Assembly (NCBI RefSeq): GCF_000022265.1
Contig: NC_011979.1
Location: forward strand, 2,850,001-2,882,000
Origin: Geotalea daltonii FRC-32
Lineage (GTDB): Bacteria; Desulfobacterota; Desulfuromonadia; Geobacterales; Geobacteraceae
DNA length: 32,000 bases
Direction: 5' to 3'
In this document: piece by piece, positions 16,601 to 24,468 of the stretch
Layout of the letters: each line of letters opens with the position of its first letter
Position numbering within the stretch: position 1 is the first letter of the stretch
The notes under the pieces: generated by a model
Told to the model about the DNA's origin: nothing
The model's database searches: none
Seen by the model: the letters and a program-made list of their open reading frames with translations, nothing else
Program-made: the position numbers and the translations under genes

Positions 16601-16855
16601 GTCGCCTTTGAGCAGAAACAGTTGTTGCTTGAACCCAATGACGTTCTATTGCTTTACACCGACGGCATCATAGAGGCAGCAAATCCTGCCGGAGAACTAT
16701 TCGGCGAAGACAGGCTCTGTGGGCTCCTCCAAACGTATCGCCAGCTTCCCCCACAGCAGCTTGTCGATAGTCTTTTTAGCCAGGTCAGGTCTTTTGCCGG
16801 CAGCCAAAGTTTTGTAGATGATGTTTCGCTGGTGGTCATGCGGGTGGAGGAATGA
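13607..16855 (+). CDS. SLC5/sodium:solute-symporter-like membrane module + STAC-like linker + GAF + SpoIIE/PP2C protein phosphatase
   Basis: 1082 aa. About 13 TM helices (to about 15230), with NPYVYSLSLAVHYTSWTFYGVVG as in CbrA/CrbS-type SLC5 sensor modules. The linker carries FTEKVLAGSVGAASAGIIVES (STAC-like, from memory). GAF spans about 15660-16100. SpoIIE/PP2C runs from 16133 (GGDYFDY, IADVSGHNVGAAL, FANAGHN, LLLYTDGI, DDVSLVV). GGAG lies 7 nt before ATG 13607. Confidence 0.85.
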   Translation: METIYPFVKDGNSMLTVGIVSTMTVLYLGLLFAVAYYADNKRKTGQSIIANPYVYSLSLAVHYTSWTFYGVVGLSATNGIAFLALYLGNTLMAFSWWFLLRKMVRISKEQHITSIADFVSSRYGKSPLLGGIVTVFSIMIIIPFIALQLKAVAYTFDLLTVSPGTDGFRHIVPALPEFIDTAFIVAIFLGIFGILFGARHLDASERHEGLVAAVALQSVVKLIAFVTVGIFVTYGIFDGFTDIFSRFASQFPERKHLFLLGTGPAPYATWLTLLLSTMAFVMFQPRQFQIMVIENSHEEHIKDAMWLHPAYTFLITLFVIPIALGGIIAYGGNTTMADFFVLNFPLQTGHPWLALLVFIGGFSAAAGMVMVEAVVLSTMILNHLIIPIIIHLGIGGSDISGVLINIKRVGILGVVLLGYLYYQFIGESYTLINIGIISLIAASQFAPSIIGGLYWKRASRWGATVGLVLGFFIWFHTLVIPLLVKEGWLDNGIMQNGPFGLAFLRPLHLFGMTELDMLPHSLFWSMLFNLGTFIACSLLSEPSESVAEQAVKFVDVFEAREEPVRLKRMSRAPAIVEFIDLMTKFIGEKQAHAAISRYLGDKEIDERGSLSEYELPVLKRFTEKVLAGSVGAASAGIIVESYMAARGSKLEDVFDIFGTVTLSRTASREQLGLLYEAAKAVAGKADLLAILDNILNHIKQQFKFDACTIRVLEEKKGRLVLLSQKGMSLKHLEESDRELNMETYAGAAFLNNSPEIVNDADGMNKPLSAQVIRREGIKSFVHVPITIEGQPVGILSAFSKSMKGIFTEEFIELFNSLAGQIGIALRNARQAEKLIQVKEHEKEMQIARGIQSGLLPASPPEVKGISLAGICVPAREVGGDYFDYLPHGSEALDLIIADVSGHNVGAALIMTEVRTFIHAEASSIRSPRDIMNALNEFLYEDLTRAELFITMFYLNYDAGLRKLSFANAGHNRPILWRSESGACEYLDAEGLILGIKRKVAFEQKQLLLEPNDVLLLYTDGIIEAANPAGELFGEDRLCGLLQTYRQLPPQQLVDSLFSQVRSFAGSQSFVDDVSLVVMRVEE

Positions 16856-16885
16856 ACGGGATATGCCGGAACAGGTAAAATTAGG

Positions 16886-16915
16886 TTGACAACTCTGCTC
16901 GATACTTCCTATAAC
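16886..16915 (+). promoter_or_regulatory. Candidate sigma-70 promoter of recG
   Basis: TTGACA (16886-16891), 18-nt spacer, TATAAC (16910-16915). The ORF-track TTG start at 16886 is this -35 box. Confidence 0.5.
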
Positions 16916-16945
16916 TCCTGCAAATTTATTGTCGCGGAAGTTCAT

Positions 16946-19258
16946 ATGCCCATTGTCAAACTCACGGACGCGAAAACATTGCCTCTCCCCGATGCTGTGC
17001 TTGAGGCCCTTGGCCTGATGGCAGGGGATTCTGTCTCCTTGGAGATCGGAGAAGACGGGGCGCTGATGGTGCGGCGGGTGGTTGTCACTGAGCCCGTTAT
17101 CCGGGAGGCAACCACGACTTTGCAGCAGTCAATTCATCGCAAGAACCTGCAAACGCCCATGCAGTTTATCAAGGGAGTTGGTCCTAAACTGGCGGAACAG
17201 CTGGCAAAGAAGGGGATTTCTGTCGTTGAAGATGCCCTGTTTTTGCTCCCTCACCGTTACGAGGACCGACGGAGCTTAAGTAAGGTAAGCAAGCTGCGTC
17301 CCGGCGCCCATGAGGTTTTTTACGCAGAAGTGCTCTCTTTTGAAGCCAAGTCCACCAAGGGAGGGAAACGTTTTCTTGAGGTAACTGCCGGAGATGAAAG
17401 CGGCTCGATCACTCTCAAGTGGTTTCGCTTCAATCCTGTCTTTATGAAGAAGACCTGGCGCGTGGGGAGAAAAGGGGTATTTACCGGCGAGGTGGTCCAA
17501 TACGGTTTCCAGAAGGAGATCCATCATCCTGAGGTGGAGTGGCTGGATGAAGGGGCCGATCTGGCGGCGCTCACAGCAAGGGATCCTCTCAATTTCGGCC
17601 GTATTCTGCCGGTTTATCCGCTGACGGAAGGACTCCACCAGAAGACACTGCGCAAGGTGATGAAGGAGGTCATCGACCGGTTCGTAATTGACGTGGAAAA
17701 CCACCTGCCCCTGGGGGTAATGGAGAGGCACCACCTGATGCCCCTGGACGAGGCCCTGCGAGAGACTCATTTTCCGGGACACGATGCTGACCTGGCGAGA
17801 CTGAACAACGGCGCAACCGTTGCCCACAAGACCTTTTCATTTGACGAACTCTTTTTTCTCGAACTGGGGCTGGCCCTGAAGCGGAGCGGCATCGTCCTTG
17901 AACAGGGGATTGCTTTCCAGGTGACGCACAAATACACCAGGGAACTGCTGAAACTGCTTCCTTTCCATCTCACCGACGCCCAGCGCCGTGTCCTTTCCGA
18001 GATAAAGAACGACATGATGCTCCCCCATCCCATGCACCGGCTGGTACAGGGGGATGTGGGCTGCGGCAAGACCCTGGTGGCCCTTATGGCTGCACTGGTG
18101 GCGGTGGAAAACGACTACCAGGTGGCGATCATGGCGCCGACGGAGATCCTTGCCGAGCAGCATTTCCTTACCATCCACCGCTGGTGCGACGCCTTGGGCA
18201 TCAAGGTATCCCTGTTGACTTCAGGCATGAAGGGGAAGGCTAAAAGTGCCGTTCTCGAAGAAATCGCCGCCGGCAGGACCAGCATCGTCATCGGCACCCA
18301 TGCGGTCATCCAGGAAAAGGTGGAATTCAACAGGCTCGGCCTGGGAATCATTGACGAGCAACACCGCTTCGGCGTACTGCAGCGGGGCATACTCAAAAGG
18401 AAAGGGATCAATCCTGACATCCTGGTGATGACCGCCACCCCCATTCCACGGACCCTGGCCATGACGGTTTTCGGCGACCTTTCCCTGTCGGTCATCGACG
18501 AACTGCCTCCCGGCAGGACGCCGGTGGAGACTCGCGTCGCCTTCGAATCCAGGCGCTCCCAAGTGTACGGCATCATCCGCGAGGAGGTTAAGAAGGGACG
18601 GCAGGCCTACATCATCTATCCTCTGGTGGAAGAGACCGAAAAGTCGGAACTGAAGGCAGCGGCGCAGATGGCCGAACATCTGGCACGGGATGTTTTCCCG
18701 GAATTGCGGGTTGGGCTGCTCCACGGCAGGATGAAGCCGGAAGAGAAGGAATCGGTCATGGGTGCATTCAAGGCCAGGGAGACGGACATTCTCGTTGCCA
18801 CCACCGTCATTGAAGTGGGGATCGACGTGCCCAATGCCACGGTCATGGTCGTCGAGCATGCAGAGCGCTTCGGTCTTTCCCAGCTGCATCAACTGCGGGG
18901 CAGGGTAGGACGCGGCAGCGGCCAGTCCCGCTGTATTCTGCTCTCGTCCGGACAACTTTCCGAAGACGGCGAAAAACGCCTGCGGGTGATGGAATCCACC
19001 AATGACGGCTTCCGCATAGCCGAGGCCGATCTGGAGATCCGCGGCCCTGGAGATTTTCTCGGCACCCGTCAGGCAGGTCTTCCCGACTTCAGGGTGGCCA
19101 ACATCCTGCGTGACGGACGTATCCTGGAAGCGGCTCGTGGAGAGGCCTTTGCCGTTGTTGAAAGAGATCCCGGTCTGGTTGACGGCGAAAATGCAGGTCT
19201 GCGCCAGGAACTTGTCAGACGCTGGGGTGGCCGCCTTGAACTAGCCGCCATTGCCTGA
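16946..19258 (+). CDS. recG: ATP-dependent DNA helicase RecG with N-terminal AbrB/SpoVT-like extension
   Basis: RecG hallmarks: IKGVGPKLAEQLAKKGI..LLPHRYEDRR, GDVGCGKT, DEQHRFG, MTATPIPRTL, QLHQLRGRVGRG. ATG 16946 lies just downstream of the promoter, with GGAAG upstream. The first 45 aa or so resemble an AbrB/MazE/SpoVT swapped-hairpin domain. Confidence 0.9.
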   Translation: MPIVKLTDAKTLPLPDAVLEALGLMAGDSVSLEIGEDGALMVRRVVVTEPVIREATTTLQQSIHRKNLQTPMQFIKGVGPKLAEQLAKKGISVVEDALFLLPHRYEDRRSLSKVSKLRPGAHEVFYAEVLSFEAKSTKGGKRFLEVTAGDESGSITLKWFRFNPVFMKKTWRVGRKGVFTGEVVQYGFQKEIHHPEVEWLDEGADLAALTARDPLNFGRILPVYPLTEGLHQKTLRKVMKEVIDRFVIDVENHLPLGVMERHHLMPLDEALRETHFPGHDADLARLNNGATVAHKTFSFDELFFLELGLALKRSGIVLEQGIAFQVTHKYTRELLKLLPFHLTDAQRRVLSEIKNDMMLPHPMHRLVQGDVGCGKTLVALMAALVAVENDYQVAIMAPTEILAEQHFLTIHRWCDALGIKVSLLTSGMKGKAKSAVLEEIAAGRTSIVIGTHAVIQEKVEFNRLGLGIIDEQHRFGVLQRGILKRKGINPDILVMTATPIPRTLAMTVFGDLSLSVIDELPPGRTPVETRVAFESRRSQVYGIIREEVKKGRQAYIIYPLVEETEKSELKAAAQMAEHLARDVFPELRVGLLHGRMKPEEKESVMGAFKARETDILVATTVIEVGIDVPNATVMVVEHAERFGLSQLHQLRGRVGRGSGQSRCILLSSGQLSEDGEKRLRVMESTNDGFRIAEADLEIRGPGDFLGTRQAGLPDFRVANILRDGRILEAARGEAFAVVERDPGLVDGENAGLRQELVRRWGGRLELAAIA

Positions 19259-19384
19259 TCCCTTCCTCAAATTTGTTATCCTTCCTTTACTTCATTCTCC
19301 AATCTGAAACATACTCTCGCGCCGGATAAAATTTCAGCGAACGTCAGGCAGGCAATTATCCCAGATTTATTAGTCCCCCTTCAA

Positions 19385-19412
19385 TTGATAAAATGATAAT
19401 CCTTATTAAAAT
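19385..19412 (+). promoter_or_regulatory. Candidate sigma-70 promoter of putA
   Basis: TTGATA (19385-19390), 16-nt spacer, TAAAAT (19407-19412). This argues against the TTG 19418 start. Confidence 0.5.
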
Positions 19413-19462
19413 GTAGGTTGTGGAAAAACGCGGGCAGCAGACAACTTCATGGGGAGGGAGCC

Positions 19463-22400
19463 ATGGCGGACAGCGAATTGAACAGAAGGATCGTCTCCTG
19501 CGGAAGAGAGATGTTCGCCGGCATTTATGGAGAGACTCCTTCGCTCTTTGACAAGGGGCGGTGGCTGGGTAAGCTGATGGCCTGGAGCATGAGTGACGAG
19601 GAGTTCAAGACCCGGCTGTTCCGTTTCGTCGACGTATTCCCGACCCTTTCCACAGACAGGATGGTAGCCGACCATCTGGAGGAATACTTTGACGGTGCGC
19701 AGCCTCCAGTACTGGCTTTACTCCGCCAGGCCGCCGGTGTCTTCGGCCCATTCGGCAACTTTATCCAGAGGAAGGCTGTCTCAACGGCTATCCGAAAAAT
19801 GGCGCAGCAGTTCATTGTCGGAGAGAATACCACGGAGGCAATCAGCAATATCGAACGCTTGCGCCATCAAGGTTTTGCTGCCGTTGTCGATGTATTGGGC
19901 GAGGCAACCCTTTCCGAAAAGGAGGCCGATGCCTATGTGGACCAGTATCTGGATCTTATCGGCTCCATTGAACGGGCCATGGGCCGCTGGAAACCCCTTG
20001 GCGCTGGCCGGACTTCAGGCAGTATGGATTGGGGACATGCACCCCGGATCAACGTTTCTGTCAAGGCAACAGCACTTTCTTGTCTGGCAAGCCCGATGGA
20101 TTACGAGGGAAGCGTTGCGGCCATTCTTCGCAGGCTTCGCCTTATCTGTCGTCGCGTGAGGGAGGTAAATGGTTTTCTCTGCCTCGACATGGAGACCTAT
20201 CGTTACAAGGAGATCATACTTGAGGTCTACCGACGCCTGAAACTGGAGAATCCAGACTATCATCACCTGGGGCTTGTTCTCCAGTCCTATCTCAGGGATA
20301 CGGACCATGACCTGGATAATCTGGTTACCTGGGCAAGAGAAAATTGCCTTGGTATCTCCATCCGCCTGGTGAAGGGGGCATACTGGGATTATGAGATGAT
20401 CAGGTCCCGCCAGAGCGGACTCCCCGAACCGGTCTGGACCATGAAGGCGGAAACTGACGCCGCTTTTGAACGTCAGGCACGCCGAATCATGGAAAACAGT
20501 GATGTCTGCCATTTTGCCTGTGCTTCCCACAACATCCGTTCCATTTCCGCTGTCATCGAGCTTGCCCGGGAACTGGCCGTGTCTGATGATCGATACGAAT
20601 TTCAGGTCCTGTACGGTATGGCTGAACCAGTGCGTAAGGCAATCCTCAACCGTACCGGCCGATTGCGTCTCTACTGCCCATACGGTCCCATGGTTCCGGG
20701 CATGGGTTATCTGGTCCGACGGCTTCTGGAGAATACCTCCAATGTCTCTTTCCTTCGACAGACATTTGTGGATGCCGCAGGAGCAGAAAAACTGCTGGAG
20801 GATCCGTTGCATGTCGTGGAACGGCAGCGGCTTGCGGTCCAACCCAGACTGCGTGAGGGGGCAAAGTCTTCGGGGAAGGTGATTCCTTTCTCCAACGAGC
20901 CGGTCATCGATTTTACCAGAGAAGAGCAGCGCCAGGCGTTTCGTGAACATATCGGGCAGGTGCGCAGTCGGTTCGGCCGGAAATATCCGCTGTTCATAGG
21001 GGGACAGGAACTGGAAACGGAGGACTTGCTTCCTTCAATGAATCCCTCCGATCCGTCCGAGATCGTTGGCTGGGTGTGCCAAGCCGGAACCGATGAGGTA
21101 GCCCAGGCGATCGGGGCTGCCAGGAAGTCCTTTGAAACCTGGCGTGATATAACTCCTGAAATACGCGCTGAATTTCTCCTCAAGGCATGCACAGTCGTCC
21201 GTCGGCGCATCTACGAGCTTTCCGCCCTGCAGGTACTGGAAATCGGCAAGCAGTGGGATCAGGCCTATGCCGATGTGACTGAAGCCATTGATTTCCTCGA
21301 ATATTATGCGCGGGAAATGATTCGCCTCGGCTCTCCCAGGTCAATGGGAAAAGTTGCCGGAGAGACGAATCAATACTTTTATGAGCCGAAAGGGGTTGCT
21401 GCTGTCATCGCCCCCTGGAATTTTCCCCTGGCGATCAGCATGGGCATGGTCTCTGCCGCCATTGTCACCGGGAACTGCGTCGTTTTCAAGCCTTCCGGCC
21501 TCACATCCATCATTGGCTGGCAATTGGTGGATATATTCAGAGAAGTTGGGCTTCCTGACGGTGTCTTTAACTTTGTCCCCGGTCGCAGCGGCATCATGGG
21601 CGATTACCTGGTTGACCATCCCCATGTCAGCCTCATTGCCTTCACCGGTTCCATGGAGGTGGGGTTGAGGATCATCGAGCGCGCTGCCAAGGTGCAGCCC
21701 GGCCAGGAAATGGTAAAAAAGGTCATCTGCGAAATGGGAGGGAAAAACGCGATTATTATTGACGATGATGCCGATCTGGACGAGGCGGTTCCCCATGTAT
21801 TCAATTCGGCCTTCGGTTTTCAAGGGCAGAAATGCTCGGCATGTTCCAGGGTCATTGTCCTTGATGGCATCTACGATAAATTTGTCCAGCGGCTTACGGC
21901 ACTGGCCGAAGCTGTTCCGGTCGGGCCAGTCGAAGATCCTGCCAATCTCATAGGTGCGGTTGCAGAAGAAAATGCTCAAAAACGTATAATGAACTACATT
22001 GAAGTTGGCCGGCAGGAAGGGCGTCTGCTTTATCAGGGGCATGTGCCGGAGGTCGGATTTTTCGTACCACTGACCATCATTGGCGATATCCGCCCGGAAC
22101 ATCGGCTTGCCCAGGAGGAAATTTTCGGACCGTTGCTTGCCGTAATGCGGGCAAGAGATTTCAATGAAGCCCTGGTCTGGGCCAATTCTACCCGCTATGC
22201 TCTGACCGGCGGCCTTTTCAGCCGCAGCCCCGAACATATTGCCATTGCCACCAAGCGATTTCGTGTCGGCAATCTCTACCTCAACCGCAACTGCACGGGT
22301 GCCCTGGTCGGTCGTCAACCCTTCGGCGGTTTCAGGTTGTCCGGTGCCGGTACCAAGGCGGGCGGGCCTGATTATCTCCTTCATTTCATGGATCCGCGGG

Positions 22401-22477
22401 TGGTGACCGAGAACACCATGCGCAGAGGCTTTGCTCCTGCGGGTGCAGGCGATGGATCTTCCTGCCGAAAACGTTAG
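19463..22477 (+). CDS. putA: Bifunctional proline dehydrogenase / L-glutamate-gamma-semialdehyde (P5C) dehydrogenase
   Basis: N-terminal PRODH barrel region (VKGAYWDYE, ASHN, QVLYGM, YLVRRLLENTSN) followed by an ALDH domain (PWNFPLAI, EMGGKNA, FGFQGQKCSACSR). ATG 19463 is preceded by GGGAGGGAG. No N-terminal ribbon-helix-helix domain is evident. Confidence 0.9.
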   Translation: MADSELNRRIVSCGREMFAGIYGETPSLFDKGRWLGKLMAWSMSDEEFKTRLFRFVDVFPTLSTDRMVADHLEEYFDGAQPPVLALLRQAAGVFGPFGNFIQRKAVSTAIRKMAQQFIVGENTTEAISNIERLRHQGFAAVVDVLGEATLSEKEADAYVDQYLDLIGSIERAMGRWKPLGAGRTSGSMDWGHAPRINVSVKATALSCLASPMDYEGSVAAILRRLRLICRRVREVNGFLCLDMETYRYKEIILEVYRRLKLENPDYHHLGLVLQSYLRDTDHDLDNLVTWARENCLGISIRLVKGAYWDYEMIRSRQSGLPEPVWTMKAETDAAFERQARRIMENSDVCHFACASHNIRSISAVIELARELAVSDDRYEFQVLYGMAEPVRKAILNRTGRLRLYCPYGPMVPGMGYLVRRLLENTSNVSFLRQTFVDAAGAEKLLEDPLHVVERQRLAVQPRLREGAKSSGKVIPFSNEPVIDFTREEQRQAFREHIGQVRSRFGRKYPLFIGGQELETEDLLPSMNPSDPSEIVGWVCQAGTDEVAQAIGAARKSFETWRDITPEIRAEFLLKACTVVRRRIYELSALQVLEIGKQWDQAYADVTEAIDFLEYYAREMIRLGSPRSMGKVAGETNQYFYEPKGVAAVIAPWNFPLAISMGMVSAAIVTGNCVVFKPSGLTSIIGWQLVDIFREVGLPDGVFNFVPGRSGIMGDYLVDHPHVSLIAFTGSMEVGLRIIERAAKVQPGQEMVKKVICEMGGKNAIIIDDDADLDEAVPHVFNSAFGFQGQKCSACSRVIVLDGIYDKFVQRLTALAEAVPVGPVEDPANLIGAVAEENAQKRIMNYIEVGRQEGRLLYQGHVPEVGFFVPLTIIGDIRPEHRLAQEEIFGPLLAVMRARDFNEALVWANSTRYALTGGLFSRSPEHIAIATKRFRVGNLYLNRNCTGALVGRQPFGGFRLSGAGTKAGGPDYLLHFMDPRVVTENTMRRGFAPAGAGDGSSCRKR

Positions 22478-22572
22478 AACATTTTTGGTTATTTATTGTT
22501 GCAAATAGTCCTCGAATGGTTTAATAGATGGACCCTCAGCAACGGGGGGCAGGGTGCGCTGGCAGTTTTACC

Positions 22573-22600
22573 TTGACAAATGGTGATCCGTCTATATACT
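22573..22600 (+). promoter_or_regulatory. Near-consensus sigma-70 promoter of the yceD-rpmF-plsX-fab operon
   Basis: TTGACA (22573-22578), 16-nt spacer, TATACT (22595-22600). It lies inside the 5' extension of ORF 22528..23169. Confidence 0.55.
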
Positions 22601-22635
22601 GGGTAGCTTTGAATGCTGTGCCCATTGGTGATACT

Positions 22636-23169
22636 TTGAAAGTTCGGATAGCCGATTTAAAAGATAAAGCGTTGCACATGGAGGCTGAGGAGCCGGTTAA
22701 TGACTATCCGGACTTGCTTGCCATGACCGGGACCGGCGAGTGCGAATTTCTGTCTCCGCTACGGCTTGATTTCACTGTAGCCAGGGAGTTTGACCATATC
22801 AGGGCTTCCGGCAAGGTAGAAACGGCCGTAAGAGTTTCCTGCGCCCGTTGTCTCACTGAATTCGACATCGAGATATCATCATCCTTTACGATTTTTTATA
22901 CGAAATCTGCCGAGCCGCTTGACGAAGAGGTCGAGCTGGCCGCGGAAGACCTGATTTCCAAATCCTACCAAGGGGAAGAAATCGATTTCTCCACTGAGGT
23001 GGCGGAACAGGTAATCATGGAGATACCCTTCAAGCCCCTATGCCGGGATGATTGTAAGGGATTATGCAGTAGTTGCGGAGCCAATCTTAACGACACCGCT
23101 TGCGGCTGCGCTACGAGCGAAGGCAGTTTCAAATTCAACGCGTTGAAGGGTATCAAGATAGACAAGTAA
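22636..23169 (+). CDS. yceD: YceD/DUF177 family protein (23S rRNA accumulation protein)
   Basis: DUF177 features [11 protein letters not shown] and C-terminal [20 protein letters not shown], in the conserved position upstream of rpmF. Start set to TTG 22636 ([11 protein letters not shown]) because the promoter lies at 22573-22600. ATG 22678 is an alternative. Confidence 0.75.
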   Translation: MKVRIADLKDKALHMEAEEPVNDYPDLLAMTGTGECEFLSPLRLDFTVAREFDHIRASGKVETAVRVSCARCLTEFDIEISSSFTIFYTKSAEPLDEEVELAAEDLISKSYQGEEIDFSTEVAEQVIMEIPFKPLCRDDCKGLCSSCGANLNDTACGCATSEGSFKFNALKGIKIDK

Positions 23170-23183
23170 AGGAGAATTATTTT

Positions 23184-23366
23184 ATGGCAGTACCTAAGAA
23201 GAAGACATCCAAGTCACGCAAGAACATGAGAAGGGCCCATGATTTTCTTACCGCCCCGACAGTTTCCACTTGCCCACAGTGCAAATCCCCGAAACTTCCC
23301 CACAGAGTTTGTCCCTCCTGCGGCACTTACAAAGGCAGAGAAGTAATTAAGGCTGAAGAGCTTTAA
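23184..23366 (+). CDS. rpmF: 50S ribosomal protein L32
   Basis: [19 protein letters not shown]... with CPQC...CPSC zinc-ribbon, 60 aa. AAAGGAG lies 9 nt upstream of ATG 23184. Confidence 0.95.
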   Translation: MAVPKKKTSKSRKNMRRAHDFLTAPTVSTCPQCKSPKLPHRVCPSCGTYKGREVIKAEEL

Positions 23367-23413
23367 ACTGCCATCCGAGGCTCTTTGTATTAAGAGCCGC
23401 TGCTAGAGGTCAT

Positions 23414-24454
23414 ATGAGAGTTGCTGTAGATGCGATGGGTGGCGACAACGCGCCTGGTGTCGAGGTGGAGGGCGCTGTCGCAGCTGCCAGGGAATTCGGT
23501 ATTGCCATAACCCTGGTAGGCGATACGGAAAAAGTAAACTGCGAACTTGCAAAGCATAACTGCAAAGATCTGGATATAACAGTCAAGCATGCCAGCGAGG
23601 TGGTCGGCATGCATGATTCCGCTTCCGATGCGGTAAGAAAGAAGAAGGATTCTTCCATCCGCATTGCCTTTGAACTGGTGAAGAACAATGAAGCGGACGC
23701 TGTTGTAAGTGCCGGTAACTCAGGTGCCACCATGGCTGCCGGCATGTTCGTACTCAAGCGCATCAAAGGTATAGATCGCCCGGCCATCGCCCAGATATTT
23801 CCCACTCTCCGCGGAAAAACCCTAGTGCTCGATGTTGGCGGCAACGTTGATTGCAAACCTCTCAATCTCGTCCAGTTTGCCATAATGGGTGAGGTCTATG
23901 CCCGGTCCGTCATGGATGTGGAAAACCCGAAGATCGGTGTTCTTTCCAACGGAGAGGAAGAAAGCAAGGGAAACGACCTTACCCGCGAATCAAGCACACT
24001 CCTTAAGAGCACTTCCCTCGATTACATGGGATATGTGGAAGGTCGGGATATCTTCAACGGCATGGTGGATGTTGTCGTCTGTGATGGATTTGTCGGCAAC
24101 GTGGTGCTCAAGCTTTCCGAAGGACTGGCCGAGGCTGTCAGCACGATGCTTAAAGAGGAAATCAAGCAGAGCCTGCTGTACAAGATCGGCTATATCCTGT
24201 CTCGCCGGGCCTTCATCAATTTCAAAAAGAAGGTCGATTATACGGAATATGGTGGCGCTCCTCTGTTGGGAATAGATGGCGTCGGCATGATCTGCCATGG
24301 CGGTTCCAATGCCAAAGCCATAAAAAATGCCATCCGTTTTGCCCACGAATATGCCCGAAAGGGCGTTAATCAACACATGGTCGAAAAACTCCAGGAAAAC
24401 TATCCTCTTTATATGCAGCAGCTGGAAACACTAAAAGCACAAGCGGCAGGGTAG
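23414..24454 (+). CDS. plsX: Phosphate acyltransferase PlsX
   Basis: [14 protein letters not shown] start, [17 protein letters not shown], and the conserved position between rpmF and fabH. Confidence 0.95.
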   Translation: MRVAVDAMGGDNAPGVEVEGAVAAAREFGIAITLVGDTEKVNCELAKHNCKDLDITVKHASEVVGMHDSASDAVRKKKDSSIRIAFELVKNNEADAVVSAGNSGATMAAGMFVLKRIKGIDRPAIAQIFPTLRGKTLVLDVGGNVDCKPLNLVQFAIMGEVYARSVMDVENPKIGVLSNGEEESKGNDLTRESSTLLKSTSLDYMGYVEGRDIFNGMVDVVVCDGFVGNVVLKLSEGLAEAVSTMLKEEIKQSLLYKIGYILSRRAFINFKKKVDYTEYGGAPLLGIDGVGMICHGGSNAKAIKNAIRFAHEYARKGVNQHMVEKLQENYPLYMQQLETLKAQAAG

Positions 24455-24468
24455 GAAGGTTGTAAATC

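Noticed and set aside
23379-23398. 7-bp hairpin GGCTCTT-tgtatt-AAGAGCC between rpmF and plsX.
   Set aside because: No T-tract follows it, and the plsX Shine-Dalgarno comes immediately after. It is probably just mRNA structure within a co-transcribed pair and is not called as a terminator.
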